In this document: piece by piece, positions 14,291-28,485 of the stretch
Layout: every line of letters starts with the position of its first letter
Position numbering within the stretch: position 1 is the stretch's first letter
Source of the DNA: Octopus vulgaris
Lineage: Eukaryota
NCBI GenBank assembly: GCA_951406725.2
Contig: OX597834.1
Span: 14,632,001-14,696,000 of the forward strand
DNA length: 64,000 nucleotides
Reading direction: 5' to 3'
Position numbers and translations under genes: made by a program
Notes under the pieces: model-generated
What the model saw: the letters and a program-made list of their open reading frames with translations, nothing else
What the model was told of the DNA's origin: nothing
Database searches by the model: none

Positions 14291-14479
14291 TGATGCATTA
14301 ATTACATCTAACAATGGGTTTAATGCCACGCTCTAATCTCACTGGCGCCTCGCTGGCTCTATTCCATTATATTTCTTTTCACTAACAAAATGGAACCAGT
14401 AGCTTATCAGGTTGTCTCTATGACAAGGAATGACAGTTTTGTTTCTTCTTTCTATATCTATATCCATAAACATTCACAG

Positions 14480-14875
<396 letters not shown>

Positions 14876-15414
14876 AAGAGATAAAAATAATTGGGATGTT
14901 TCGTGTATTTCTATCTCTGAGGATAATCACATCGTTGAAGTTTGATGTTGATGCCTTATTCTCTTTGATATCCCTTATTCTGTTGTTGGAACTGTGTTTC
15001 TATTTTTCTGATATATTCTTCCTACTTTGTTGTTTACCAGTTTTTAATTATTCCTGTGGGAACGATTGAACGTTGACGAGGAATCTTCGGTGCAATACTC
15101 TGCATGTTTTATCTCCTTAGTCTTCCAACTGAAATGAACAAACACAGCGACTCACCATTTCGTTTTTCATTTGATTTTCATCTTTTTTTTTTTCTTAATA
15201 CTTTCTTTTCTCCATATTTGCTTTCAACTTTTGTCATACTGGTTCCAACATTGTACACACACACACACACAGACACACACACACTCTCACACACACACTC
15301 TCACACACACACACATATATATATATGTGCGTGTGTGTGTATGTATGCATGTATATACGCATATATATACGTATGTATGCATGTATATATTTAAATGTGT
15401 GTGTATATATATAC

Positions 15415-15472
<58 letters not shown>

Positions 15473-15539
15473 CTGTGTGTATGTGTATGTATATGTTGAT
15501 ATGTATTTATATATACATATATACATGCATATATACATA

Positions 15540-15581
<42 letters not shown>

Positions 15582-15663
15582 CGTGCGCGTATGTGAGTGG
15601 GTCTGTAAATATATATGTATATTTATATATGTATATAAATAGATTTGTATATATGTACATATG

Positions 15664-15694
<31 letters not shown>

Positions 15695-16592
15695 ATGCGT
15701 GTGTGTGTCTATATATATATACATGTATATATGTGTGTGTGCATATATGCACACATAAAAACATACAAATATATCTGTATATGTTTATGCGTGTGTGTGT
15801 ATGTGTGTAGCCTATCTGCATATATATACTTTGGTACAAAAGAAAACTCGCATATAAACACATACATATATCATACATTTGTGTTAATCTCTTTGATCCT
15901 AATCAGCGTTGAATGTAGTAAACCCGAGTAAAACCTTTGGGACAAAATAAATTATCTGTCAGTACAAATGGAATCAGTAAATTCGAAAGATGAAACTAGA
16001 AATGAGATCTTCGTAGAACATTTTATATTCAGAGCAGGCAATTTCTAGAAGTTGCTGTAAAATTACATCAAAAGTGTTACGATGCCAAGCAAACGATGGT
16101 ACTGATATATGGCACGCATAAAGGAATGGATAAAAATGCAAATTTAAGATAGCGAAATAGCTTGAAAATATATTTGAATCATATAAAGAATCTTGCAAAC
16201 CAAATCCAAAAACGAAATATTTGAAAAGTAAAATGGAAAATAATCTCCTCATCTCAGTATTTGAAAATAAACATTTGCATATTTTTGGATGGTATTACCT
16301 GTTAGAATAATGATTAATTGTATGGATATTGTCTTTTTTTAAGAGAAATATCCGTACGATTGAACAGAGGTTGGCATGTACCCGCAGATACATATGCATA
16401 CACACACACAAACTCATCATACGCATACATACACACACCGGCACATGCACGAGCATACACAGGTACGTATTTAAACATAAAGATGCACACCCTACTAAAC
16501 AAGCATACGCATAAACACACGTTGCCAGTCGTTTTTGCTATATATTTTTTCATGGATGTATATACATACATACATACATATAAGTATGTTTG

Positions 16593-16626
<34 letters not shown>

Positions 16627-16646
16627 TATATAAATATATATATATA

Positions 16647-16679
<33 letters not shown>

Positions 16680-16814
16680 ATGTGTGTGTGTAAGTATGTG
16701 TATGTACATATATATATATATATAAATTCATATATATATTTATATATATATGTATATATATATTTATATATATATACATATATATATACATATTTATATA
16801 CATATATATATATG

Positions 16815-16898
<84 letters not shown>

Positions 16899-17777
16899 AA
16901 TGTATGTATCTATATACAAATACTCCCTAATATAATTTTCATAACATGTAACTAATCTGCATTTTAGTGTTAGACAAAACGTTGTATTGGACCTTTGAGA
17001 CTTTCTGAAATTTCTCATGCAAAATTCCAGCACTTAAATTGCACATTTTACATTCAAGATCAGCAGTAATATATATAGAACTTATTAATAGTTTCACATT
17101 ATTCAGATCAAATAGCTTGTTACATATAACATATCGATTATTATGACATAATAACTTGAGGGTATTCCACCCGTTTTGTGCTCATTTATAAAATGCAATC
17201 GTTTGTTGGAATAATTCATATGCATCACAAAGACCAAATGTATACGACTGACCAGGTTTGCATTATTAGTAGAGATTTCAACACATGCTCAGGTAAATAT
17301 TCCCACTCACACATACAAAATTAGTGTGTGCTTGTGTATATATATACGTATGTGTTCTGTGTGTAGTATATATTTGTGTATGTATGTAGTTATATATGAG
17401 CTGCAAGAAATAGCGAACGGTTGTAACAGGAAGTATATTAAGTGGTAGGTATACGATACATTCTTCATCTGCTGACCTTATCTCCATAAACAGAAAAGGT
17501 AGAAAATTCGATTGTAAGCAAATGTGATGTGAAGATTATCCTCAGAATGAAGAGCTCTCAAACCTTGAGTTGTTAGGAAGACAAAAAGAAAAAAAAGAAA
17601 AAAAAAAAAGAATTCCGATTACCAGGAAAGAAATCAGCTGCAGAAACTTCTCTCTGCTTTGAAGTCGTTCTCATCGCAACACAATTCACCTAACGTCTTC
17701 GAAACAACACGTGATAAGACATAGAGGCGTATGCATGAGTGTATGTATACGTATTCATGTATGCATGTGAGCAAATG

Positions 17778-17830
<53 letters not shown>

Positions 17831-17832
<2 letters not shown>

Positions 17833-18204
17833 TAAATATTAGGGAATAAATCCAAATTTACAGGGAGAAAATCAGATTTAGGATTAAATCCAATTTTATA
17901 GTAAAATATTATATAATATTAATTCGAGACAAAACCACTATTTTGCAAAACAAACAAGGAAAGACTTAATCAATACATAATTTTTTTTTAATATAAAGAA
18001 ATAAACCGCCACTACTATCGTTTCATGTCTTCAATGACATTTGTCAGGTGGATTTTCGATCTCCTAATCAGTTTTAATTTATGAAGACATGAAACGATAG
18101 TAGTGGCGGTTTATTTCTTTGTATTAAAAAATTTTCATGTATTGATTAAGTCTTTCCTTGTTTGTTTTGCAAAATAGTGGTTTCGTCTCGAATTAATATT
18201 ATAT
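17831..18204 (-). mobile_element. Fold-back hammerhead-bearing element in (TA)n, family H2
   Basis: ~123 bp inverted arms 17911-18033 and 18082-18204; first ~150 bp nearly identical to 44620-44770. Confidence 0.72.
18009..18051 (-). ncRNA. Minimal type I hammerhead motif, one core mutation
   Basis: CCAC-CTGACAA-ATGTC-ATTGAA-GACAT-GAAAC-GATA-GTA-GTGG; G8 is A, so probably inactive. Confidence 0.6.
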
Positions 18205-18233
18205 ATATACATATATATATTTATATATATATG

Positions 18234-18287
<54 letters not shown>

Positions 18288-18361
18288 AATACATATATAT
18301 ATTTATACATGTATATATATATATAGAGAGAGAGAGATAGACACACAGATTGATAGATAGT

Positions 18362-18440
<79 letters not shown>

Positions 18441-18636
18441 GTCACCATGCTGGACTGCTGATCTCTACAAGTTTTTATTTTCTTTCACTGTTTATTTCCT
18501 CTTATTCCTTTCCGTTGAAGAGTGTATGGTTGAAATGTAAAAGACTTTTCCATGTTTCACGAACGTCAAACTAATACACTTGCTTGTTGTTCATACTCCT
18601 GTTTTCGTCAAATGTTACTCTATAAATTTCAACTAC

Positions 18637-18640
<4 letters not shown>
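18441..18640 (+). mobile_element. Microsatellite-flanked element, family H3 (decayed atypical hammerhead at 18508-18543)
   Basis: CTTT-CCGTTGAA-GAGT..GGTT-GAAAT-GTA-AAAG; homologous to 25495-25675 and 46045-46247. Confidence 0.55.
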
Positions 18641-18703
<63 letters not shown>

Positions 18704-18757
18704 TATATAGATAGATATGTCACCATGCAGAACTGCTGAACTCACTCTTTCTATATA

Positions 18758-18850
<93 letters not shown>

Positions 18851-18934
18851 ATATGTATATATATATGTAAACTTTCAGAATGGGATAAAAATCCAAGGTG
18901 GTGAAAGATTTTAGAAAATTCATAAACAGAAGAG

Positions 18935-18982
18935 GTCTTGCAGCTGTTTCCGCGATATTTTATATATCACTTCATCAGAGAC
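18935..18982 (-). ncRNA. Decayed type I hammerhead motif in TA-flanked element 18868-19270
   Basis: GTCT-CTGATGA-A-GTGATAT-ATAAA-ATATCGC-G-GAAAC-AGCT-GCA-AGAC; palindromic stem III, triplet mutated to GCA. Confidence 0.55.
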
Positions 18983-19725
18983 TGTGTGAGAAAATGGTTA
19001 AGCAATAGTTAGTTTAGATGAGAAATGAAAAAGTGAAGATGCGGAACGAAAATAAACGTCAGATATGTAGGGATATTGCATCTGTAGATCCATTACTTAG
19101 GCAGAATCCTATACATATAAGATTCCGGTTCCTTGTAAGTTCCAATAGTATTTAAAATCGGTTATTCCAATGAACAATTGTAAATATTGGAGCTTAACTA
19201 TAGTCTGTCCATAGCACTTACTCAGCATTACCTGACACATTTGGGCCTTATTGACACCATTATGTCTCATAACCTCTCTTTATCTATCTACCTATCTATC
19301 TATTTATCGATCTATCGATATCTATATATATATAAAGATATAGATATATATGTATATATCATTACATTTCATTTCATCTAGTTTCAGTTCTCAAGCTGTG
19401 GCTATGATGGGGCACCGCCATTATATATATATATATAATTAGGTTATGGGCATGAAACGTACGTAGTGGTTTTACTTTTATATTATATTAAACATTTTAA
19501 TACTTTTTGGCAGTTATATATATTTAATAAAAAACATTGTATATAACATAAATAAAATTTATAAATATAAATTAATAATTTTAATTTTAAATTTAAATAA
19601 TTTAAATTTTTAAACTTTATATTTTATATATTTTGTATATTATATTAATTATTATTATTTTTATGTTTTGGTTATGTTTTTCATTGTTTGATTTTCCCTA
19701 ATAGTGGTTTTATCTCTAATTTAAT

Positions 19726-19785
<60 letters not shown>

Positions 19786-20557
19786 ATATATTTGTATATA
19801 AAATAATATACTATATACATATATGTATATAATACACACACACACACACGCATACATTAAATTCACCTTCTTTTCGAGTGAAATCCCTCTTGTTTATATG
19901 AATTTGAAAACTTAATTACAATTTCTTCTCGATTCCTTTGTCACAATTGCTTTCGTTTACCGAATTATTTTCCAGGAATATTGCGATCTCTTCTTCTGAA
20001 TGATGTGCACTCTTATGTGAATTCGCAAGAGGTTATGCTAGGATGCAAGCCGTGTAATGAAACATCCTAGAAATGCACCCACTGGACGCATTGAATGTAA
20101 ACCAATATCATTTCATTGTGTAATAAGAAATAATAATTGGATCTGAGGTTCTTACAAAATGTCCATTCATTACAGCATACACAGAATCCGGCAAGAGCGC
20201 TTTATAGTAATCATGCTTTTCTCATGATTTGTTTGAAAATATTTCGGAAGATTCAAAACTAGAAATTACTTAAGAGGGAATATCAAAGGTTTGGCTGAAA
20301 ATGAATCTGACTGTCAGATTGGTTTTATGTTAGACCCGCACAGGATCATCAATGTAAATCTACACATCACATGGAATGTGAGAGTAATAATGATTAAAGA
20401 ATAATGATTAAGGAACCTTTTGGTTTCTTCTCCATCAAAAGAGACGTTATAAAATTGCAAGCGTTTTAATATATATGGTGAAAGTGTATATCTGCCATTT
20501 TGAATGTTGAAATTGTTTACATCCACTGTACGTATATGCACGCGCACACGCACGCAC

Positions 20558-20632
<75 letters not shown>

Positions 20633-20720
20633 CAGACTCAGACGGACGCACGAGCTCGCATGGATAGATACATACATAAATAATTAGATGGATAAACAGA
20701 CAGCTATGTTGATATGTATA

Positions 20721-20753
<33 letters not shown>

Positions 20754-20769
20754 GCGTGTGTATAAGAAT

Positions 20770-20997
20770 ATCGAGTACATACAATGACCTCTGGGAGGAT
20801 TCGATTTTCGAGATGTTTTGTTTTGTATAGTGTGACCACAGGAGGCAGCAATATTCGAGGTGAGGCCGTACAATGGATGAGAAAATAAAACTGATTACAC
20901 CTTGTTCTCTGGACCGGAAGGTTCTTAAGCCCCAGGAGCTCAGACTACGAGCTATATCAACTGTATTGTTGATGTGGGCATTCCAGCTGCGTTTGTT
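20770..20997 (-). pseudogene. CR1/L2-clade LINE ORF2 fragment (downstream of RT core)
   Basis: SWNAHINN...LRTFRSR...IVRPHLEYCCLLWSHY...IESSQR matches the CR1 VRPHLEY..Q.WSP...LE.VQR motif. Confidence 0.85.
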
Positions 20998-21152
20998 ATA
21001 CCAGAGAGCGCACACTCTCCTACCCTGATATAATCTCCAGGGGTACAGGCATCCAGCAACAGGACCTCCGTAATGCTACGATGGACCGTGAAGTCTGGCG
21101 TAGCATGGTAAATTCCATTGTCTCGACCAAAGTCGAACAATGATGATGATGA
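20998..21152 (+). mobile_element. RTE-type LINE extreme 3' end with (TGA)n tail
   Basis: Encodes RTLSYPD..IQQQDLRNATMDREVWRSMVNSIVST; near identical to 39268-39476. Confidence 0.75.
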
Positions 21153-21240
21153 GTGGTTTATCAACAATTACCCCGAGGCCTCTAATATTATTAGATGTTA
21201 TACACATATACTTATATAGAGAGTGATTATTGTACTTATA

Positions 21241-21626
21241 GGAGCACTCCGTCGGTTGCGACGATGAGGGTCCCAGCTGATACGATCAACGGAACAGCTT
21301 GCTCGTAATATTAACGTGCAAGTGGCTGAGCACTCCACAGACACGTGTACCCCTAACGTAGTTCTCGAGGAGATTCAGCGTGACACACAGAATGTGACAA
21401 GGCTGGCCCTTTGAAATACAGGTACAAGAGAAACAGAAAGAAAGAGCGAGAGAAAGTTGTGGTGAAAGAGTACAGCAGGGTTCACCACCACCCGATGCCG
21501 GAACCTCGTGGAGCTTTAGGTGTTTTCGCTCAATAAAAAAACTCACAATGCCCGGTCTGGGAATCGAAACCGCGATCCTCCGACCGCGAGTCCGCTGCCC
21601 TAACCACTGGGCCATTGCGCCTCCAC
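21241..21626 (-). mobile_element. SINE group C (tRNA-Arg-like head, octopus OR-like), full length
   Basis: A box TGGCCCAGTGG, B box GTTTCGATTCC; 13 bp TSD TATTGTAYTTATA at 21228-21240 and 21627-21639. Confidence 0.9.
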
Positions 21627-21937
21627 TATTGTATTTATATATATTGTTGATGCGTGAGTCTTATTGTTAAAAGATATTTGGCGAGAAGAATACACAACGC
21701 CAGTCACAATATAAGAAACAGCAGTGTCATATATTCTCTTGAAACTGATACCGTGTAAGTTTAGAAAATTGGTATGCGTATTTAGGAATTATACTGCTTC
21801 CTATCAATTGTAAACTCTCATAATGTTGAACTTTAAATGCTAATACTAATAAAAATAATCGCAAAACAAACATGATAAATCTAAAATAAAACAAGACACA
21901 GACACGGTGAGACATATGCATACACACACACACACAC

Positions 21938-21989
<52 letters not shown>

Positions 21990-22129
21990 TCATACTAGTA
22001 CTCACATATGTAGTGTATTAGTGAGGAGAGACGGTGAGAGAGAAAGAGAGAAGAAGAAGAAGGAGAAGAAGAAGGAAAAGAAAAAAGAAGAAAAATGAAA
22101 GAGAAGTATGATGATGAAGTATGCTCTTC

Positions 22130-22241
22130 TTCTATTTCTTCTACTACTACTACTACTACTACTATTACTACTACTAATATCTCGGCTTCTTAGTAGTAGT
22201 AGTAGTAGAAAAAGACGAAGACGAAGACGAAGAAGAAGACG

Positions 22242-22273
<32 letters not shown>

Positions 22274-22477
22274 GAAGAAGAAGACGACGAAGAAGGCGAC
22301 GAAGAAGACGACGACGAAGAAGAAGAAGAAGAAGAAGAAGAAGAAGAAGACGAAGAAGACGACGACGAAGAAGACGAAGAAGAAGAAGAAGAAGAAGAAG
22401 AAGAAGAAGAAGAAGAAGAAGAAGAAGAAGAAGAAGAAGAAGAAGAAGAAGAAGAAGAAGAAGAAGAAGAAGAAGAA
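22130..22477. repeat. (CTA)n/(TAG)n then long (GAA/GAC)n tract
   Basis: Read directly; source of the poly-R and poly-F ORFs. Confidence 0.95.
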
Positions 22478-23396
22478 AAATACGTTGTGTGGTATACAGT
22501 GAAACATTAGGATATTATAGAAACAACATACTTTTGAAACAAGCCACCCGACTTTCAAGTATTTGAAAGCCTCAAAATGGTGGCCGTCTACGCATGCACG
22601 AAGTACGCCATACTTAATAACTCGGATTTCCCGGATATGTAAGAAGCGCATGGAATGTGCCTCCATTATCCACTTCAAGCTACACAGCGATGCATGAAGA
22701 CAAACGAACATAGATGGGAGACTCTTAATTTGAACATTTGTAAAGCAGTTATATACGAAGGTCAGAATGACACGGAAAATGAGGCGAGTGTTCGATATTA
22801 AGTGATACCATAAAAATCAGTCTACATCCATTTTGAGTCCATGTACAATTATAAGCAAATTAGTGTTGTATCTGTAAGTGGTATTGTTAAATACTTGAGG
22901 TATAGATGAGCATTATAAATGCTAGACATAGATAAGTAGACAGACAAGCATAAGTCATTTACTAAAAACACTGATAATTTTTTACGTGTGTTGCAGACAA
23001 AGTTTGAAAAAACTTTGACAAAAAATCGGTAATAAATTATATATACATTATCGCAGAAAACTAGATTTCTTTGTAGAACATTTTTTTCTTTATTTTGCTG
23101 ATGTTAATGTTTGTATTTCCATTAGTTGTCCATATCTGCTTATCATCAGATACGTTATTAATAGCTGTTTTGTAGCAGCAGTCAGCCAAATGTGTTGGCT
23201 GTCTTGCGAAAATAATAAGAGAGTTATTATTCATACTTCATTAGGCATAGACAATGAGTTCAATACCGGTTTCTACTTACGTCTGTATGTCCACATCGAA
23301 GTATTAAACACCTGATCAATATCACCAGGAACAAGATTCAAACTATACATATACAGACTATGTCAGTCAGATTTTAGTGTGTATAATTACCGCATA

Positions 23397-23559
23397 GGCG
23401 TAGGAGTGGCTGTGTGGTAAGTAGCTTGTCTACTAGCCACATGGTTCGGGGTTCAGTCCCACTGTGTGGCACCTTGGGCAAGTGTCTTCTACCGTAGCCT
23501 CGGGCCGACCAAAGCATTGTGAGTGGATTTTGTAGACGGAAACTGAAAGAAGCCCGCCG

Positions 23560-23602
<43 letters not shown>

Positions 23603-23755
23603 ATGCTGGTGTGTTTACGCCCCCGTAACTTAACAATTCGGCAAAAGAAACCGATAGAATAAGTACTAGTCGATTTGCTCGACTAAAGGCGGTGCTCCAG
23701 CATGGCCACATTCACATAACTGAAACAAGTAAAAAGTAAAAAGTAAGTAAAGTAA
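23397..23755 (+). mobile_element. SINE group B with internal deletions
   Basis: Head GGCGTAGGAGTGGCTGTGTGG through tail ACTGAAACAAGTAAAAAG. Confidence 0.9.
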
Positions 23756-24189
23756 AGCATACTTCGCAACGTAATTTCGTAATGAAATTGGAGTCGTGCC
23801 GCACTTGACGTCTGGTCGAAGTTTTCTCATATATGGAATATTGCCAGTACAGAGCAGCAAAGCCCGTGGCTGAGACGAACTTTCTCGACTTTCAAATAAT
23901 AAGTTTCAAATTTTTATTTGCTTATCTTCATGCCTCACTGTGTTCTCGAAGTGGATAATGGATAAACATCTCACGTGCTTCTTTCATATCAGAGAAATTA
24001 AAGTTATTATGTATGGTATATCCCAAGTATACGTGATTAGTCGCCATATCTGGACTGTGAAATGCTAGAAAGTCAAAGTGAATGGTTTCAACGATTTTGG
24101 CTTCTAATGATGCATAAGAAAGTATGTGACTCTATGTGAGATTTCGTTGTCCAAGCAGTCTTTTTTCTTCTCATCTACGTGGGTGTATA

Positions 24190-24609
24190 ACTCATTTTAA
24201 CTCTTTTAACTCTTTTAATTGTTTCAGTCATTTGACTGCGGCCATGCTGGAGCACCGCCTTTAATCGAGCAACTCGACCCCGGGACTTATTCTTTTGTAA
24301 GCCCAGTACTTATTCTATCGGTCTCTTTTGCCGAACCGCTATGTGACGGGGACGTAAACACACCAGCATCGGTTGTCAAGCAATGCTAGGGGGACAAACA
24401 CAGACACACAAACATACACACATACATACATATATATACATATATACGACGGACTTCTTTCAGTTTCCGTCTACCAAATCCACTCACAAGGCATTGGTCG
24501 GCCCGGGGCTATAGCAGAAGACACTTGCCCAAGGTGCCACGCAGTGGGACTGAACCCGGAACCATGTGGTTGGTTAGCAAGGTACTTACCACACAGCCAC
24601 TGCTGCGCC
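24190..24609 (-). mobile_element. SINE group B, full length
   Basis: Colinear with the other group B copies. Confidence 0.92.
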
Positions 24610-24824
24610 TATATCTGCCTAATAATTTATTCCATTATCTGTATTGTTTTCTTTCGAATCCGCTTCGGGAGTCTCTTTTGTGGGTCCCGTTAAAATGAAC
24701 TGTGAGCAATGTGGCATAGAGTTTGCGCACTAAAAAAATTTGTTTCTCTGCCTTTTCTCAACGTGAAAGTTTCAAAACTTCTCGATACAATTGGATGCTA
24801 ATTAATAGATTCCATAAAGCTTAA

Positions 24825-25045
24825 CCCTTAAGTGTTTAAATTAATATGTCAGAAGTAATCCTTATTTATCCACATTTAAAAAAAAATTATCTGGTATTAT
24901 CATGTAGCATCAAGATTTGAAAGATTTAATTGTTTATTTTTAGAATGACATTGCAGGGTAGGTGTGAGATACTGGTTCTGGCCAGTTTGAGCATAAAATG
25001 AGTAGAATATATGGGCCGGATATAGCCGGTTTAAACACTATAGGG
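24825..25045. mobile_element. piggyBac-type MITE
   Basis: TTAA|CCCTTAAGTGTTTAAA ... TTTAAACACTATAGGG|TTAA: 16 bp imperfect TIR with CCC/GGG ends and TTAA TSD. Confidence 0.8.
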
Positions 25046-25494
25046 TTAAGGCGGTAAAGTTTTCGATAATTACTTTAACTCGTTACGTTCTGACTTTAAA
25101 TCGCACAGTATGAAATGCGTCTTACAAATTCGGGGCTTTGATAAAACAGTGTATCAGTCCAGTGCTAGTTCCTTGTCATTCTGCCTGCTTCCAACTGTCA
25201 AATAGCAGGTTCTTTTTACCGCATCATGTTTTACTGATCGATGTAGAGTGTGGATGCATGTATGCACAGTGATGCTAAAGCCTATAAGAGTAATCAACGA
25301 ATTGAATAGTTTATACTGAAATGAAGTCATCTTCTATTGCAACGATGTTCGCATCACATCTACACATACACACACGCACCCGTCAAGACCACCAGCCCTC
25401 TTCCACACGCACACACGTATTCTCTTATACACGCACGTACCTTCGTTGTGGGTGTCATCTTTACTTTGTTATCTCCTTTACTTCTTCGCCCTCC

Positions 25495-25885
25495 TGTGTC
25501 GCCATGATAGATCGTTTGCCACTACAAACATTTTTTCTCTCCTTATTTTTTTTCAGTAGAACAGCGTAGGGTCGAAACGTAAAAGACTTTTCTATTCTTG
25601 AGCGCTATACTAATACATCTGTTTGTTTTCTTCACCACCTGTCTTCGTCTTTTGTTTTTTTCGTGAACTTTCCTATATATATATATATGTGACCGCGTGT
25701 GTACCGTTGGCGATTTTTTTCCTCTGTCTTCCCTTCTCTGGATCTTTCCTTCTCCTATGTTTCCGACGAAGATCTCCGGTCAAAACGTTAAACCGTCCTT
25801 TTTTCCTGAGCGTCCAATAATACTATATTTGTTCCACGTCCTCGCGTTGTTGTGTTTTTTTGTGCTTTCTTGTTTGGATTAACTA
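25495..25885 (+). mobile_element. Two adjacent family H3-type elements separated by (TA)n (25495-25675 and 25690-25885)
   Basis: Atypical hammerhead-like motifs at 25550-25585 and 25759-25793, each followed by a T-rich tail ending in (TA)n. Confidence 0.55.
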
Positions 25886-25889
25886 TATA

Positions 25890-25923
<34 letters not shown>

Positions 25924-25924
25924 C

Positions 25925-25971
<47 letters not shown>

Positions 25972-26078
25972 CAATTATCCGTACGTAACTAGATATATCA
26001 ATTTATTAATAAATAATTATTAACTTTCGGCACTCCATATTCTTTTCGTTGCTATTATGTTAAACTGTCGTATTGTTT

Positions 26079-26124
<46 letters not shown>

Positions 26125-26479
26125 TGTTTGTTTGCAATAGCCGGTTCTTTTGGTCAAACTATCTCCAGCTACTTCTGATGCTAAGATATGAAAATTGCCA
26201 AAGTGCAGTGCAATGGTTTTGCTAGGGAATGGTGAAACTATTTTTTCGTCTTCTGAAAAAGCAATGTTTTGGACTTACGGCACTTTTGCTTAATAGCAAC
26301 TTTTTCTTCTATTAATTGAATACGGGTTATATGCATAATATATAGCTATTGATTTAGAGAAATTTTATTTCCCAAAAGTATTAGGTAGTGAACTAATGTT
26401 TTCTTGGATGAAATCATCAATTTAGGAGATTAATATATTCTCTAATTTGGAGAGAGACAGAGAGAGAGAGAGCAAGATA

Positions 26480-26715
26480 AGTATGTAAGTATGTATGTAT
26501 GTATGTATGTATGTATGTATGTATGTATGTAGGTATGTATGTATGTAGGTAGGTAGGTAGGTATGTAGGCATGTAGATAAGTAGGTATGTAGGCAGCTAG
26601 GTAGGTAGGTAGGTAGGTAGGTAGGTAGGCAGGTAGGTAGGTATGTAGGTAGTTAGGTAGGTAAGTAGGTAGGTAGGTAGGTAGGTAGGTAGGTAGGTAT
26701 GTTGGTAGGTAGGCA
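26480..26715. repeat. (GTAT)n/(GGTA)n microsatellite
   Basis: Read directly. Confidence 0.95.
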
Positions 26716-27129
26716 GGTCTTGTTACCGATGAGGAACGCAGCCAATACGAAACCCCTAAATATTTCAGCACTATTTGATTCATAACAAAACACAACTATG
26801 TTACTCCTATGGTATTAAATTCAAAAATTGAATACGTTCAAGAACAACTAAGATCGGTCTCAGCCTAATGTTTTTAAATTTCGTTTAAATGTTAGAAGAG
26901 ATTATATCCAATTATTCATTGAGCACAATTCAACTGGAAACAATGATCAGCTTACGTATTCTTCAGCCTGTGTCTGCGTCCCCCATTGCAAACATAAGCT
27001 TGTTTCATGTCGACAACTACCTTGTTAGGTCTAATTAGAGATAAACATTTCATCATCTGCTCATAATCAACAAAAACCGTTCCATTGTTTGAGTTTGATA
27101 TCTATAAGGACCCGTAAATATTGGATTAC

Positions 27130-27330
27130 ACTTTAGGCACAAAACTAGTGGTTTGCGGGAGGAGTAAGACGAATACATCGACACCTAATGTTCAAATGGT
27201 ACTTAATTTCTTGATCCTAAAAAGATTAAAAGCAAAGGCGTCTGCGTCGGAAATTGATCTCAAATCATGGAGAACTTAAATGATTAGCGGCATCGCGTCC
27301 GGCGCTTTAACTATTCTACCAGCTTGCCAC
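27130..27330 (-). mobile_element. Old SINE group A copy
   Basis: Degenerate core and head TTCTACCAGCTTGCCAC. Confidence 0.7.
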
Positions 27331-28091
27331 TTGATGTTCTTTCACATGCATGGCTCATCAGACAGATTCTATTTCGAGAATTCCATGAAATATCAAAATA
27401 CTCAGACAAGGTTGACAAAATTCCCAAAAATTATAGTCTATTTCTGATATCGCAGCAAAATAAAAATTCTGTGAACAAATCTTTTTAAGGCAACAAACTG
27501 TGCTTTTCAACGAATATTTGTCAAAGTATCAACCTCAATCGCAAATATAGAATTCAGAAACAGTTCTTAATATTAACTGAGATATATTCTTTTGTCGAAT
27601 TGTATTATCAGACAAAGGGAAGTTCATAAATTCTCTCTCAACATCATTACAGTCAAACGGCTGGAAAATTGATTCAATGTTTCAGCTAGAGTATATCGTT
27701 TTATCTTCTGAGAAATTAATTCAAAACTTGGAAAGATACAATCTCTATTTTATCTCAGACAGTTCCACGTTTCTCAAATATGATTTTCTTCATTTCTGCT
27801 GTTCCAGAAATGTTTTAAAATATTGACTATCCTTGTTTGCCACATAACAGATATCATTGCTTCTTGTTTACGATCTATAGGAATTTGGAAGTGCTTTCAT
27901 TAGAATTCAAATACATGGTGGAATCAAAATTACAAACTCTTCTTTTCTCTCTGGAACACAGGGGTTGGCATCACTAGACTACTAATCCCTAACTTCCTGA
28001 TTTGAAGTATTCGTTTAGGCCTAAAGAAATATTTAGGCCCAATACTCTTGCAGAATTCAACATGTGTTTATAAAATACGTTCTAAGAGTAA

Positions 28092-28485
28092 TCTTTATAT
28101 ATAAAAGTGAGGTTGTGTGTCTGTCTCTTACGATTTAGATTCCTAACTACTCCCACATTTTGAGGTGCAGTTTAACCAAAACCGGGTATCTTATAGTCGT
28201 GATTCATATCGAGCCCTTCTAGGTATTAGCGCGCGTCTACGATGAGTCTACGATTTAAAAAAAAATTACCATCAATTTTTCCCATTTTTAATGCATTTTT
28301 GGCATATATAAGGGAAGTAACTCTCTAAAAATTTATTATTAAATCTCAGAACGTAAAAAGCTACAGTAACACCCCCCTCCTTTGTGGTTAACCATATTGA
28401 GATGGCTATTATACTTTACATCTCTAAAAATGCTTATATAGTTATTTCCCTTACACACCCGAGCAACGCTGGGCGATACTGCTAG
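28092..28485 (+). mobile_element. Non-autonomous Helitron
   Basis: A|TCTTTATATATAAAAG 5' end, subterminal hairpin CCCGAGCAACGCTGGG, CTAG|T 3' end, A/T target without TSD; second copy at 51227-51630. Confidence 0.85.

Noticed and set aside
22108-22566. Protamine-like poly-Arg ORF with a poly-Leu leader
   Set aside because: Compound (CTA)n/(GAA)n microsatellite with no other coding evidence
27325-27365. CTGATGA...GAAA on the minus strand
   Set aside because: No stem I or stem III pairing, and the motif is changed in the duplicate copy
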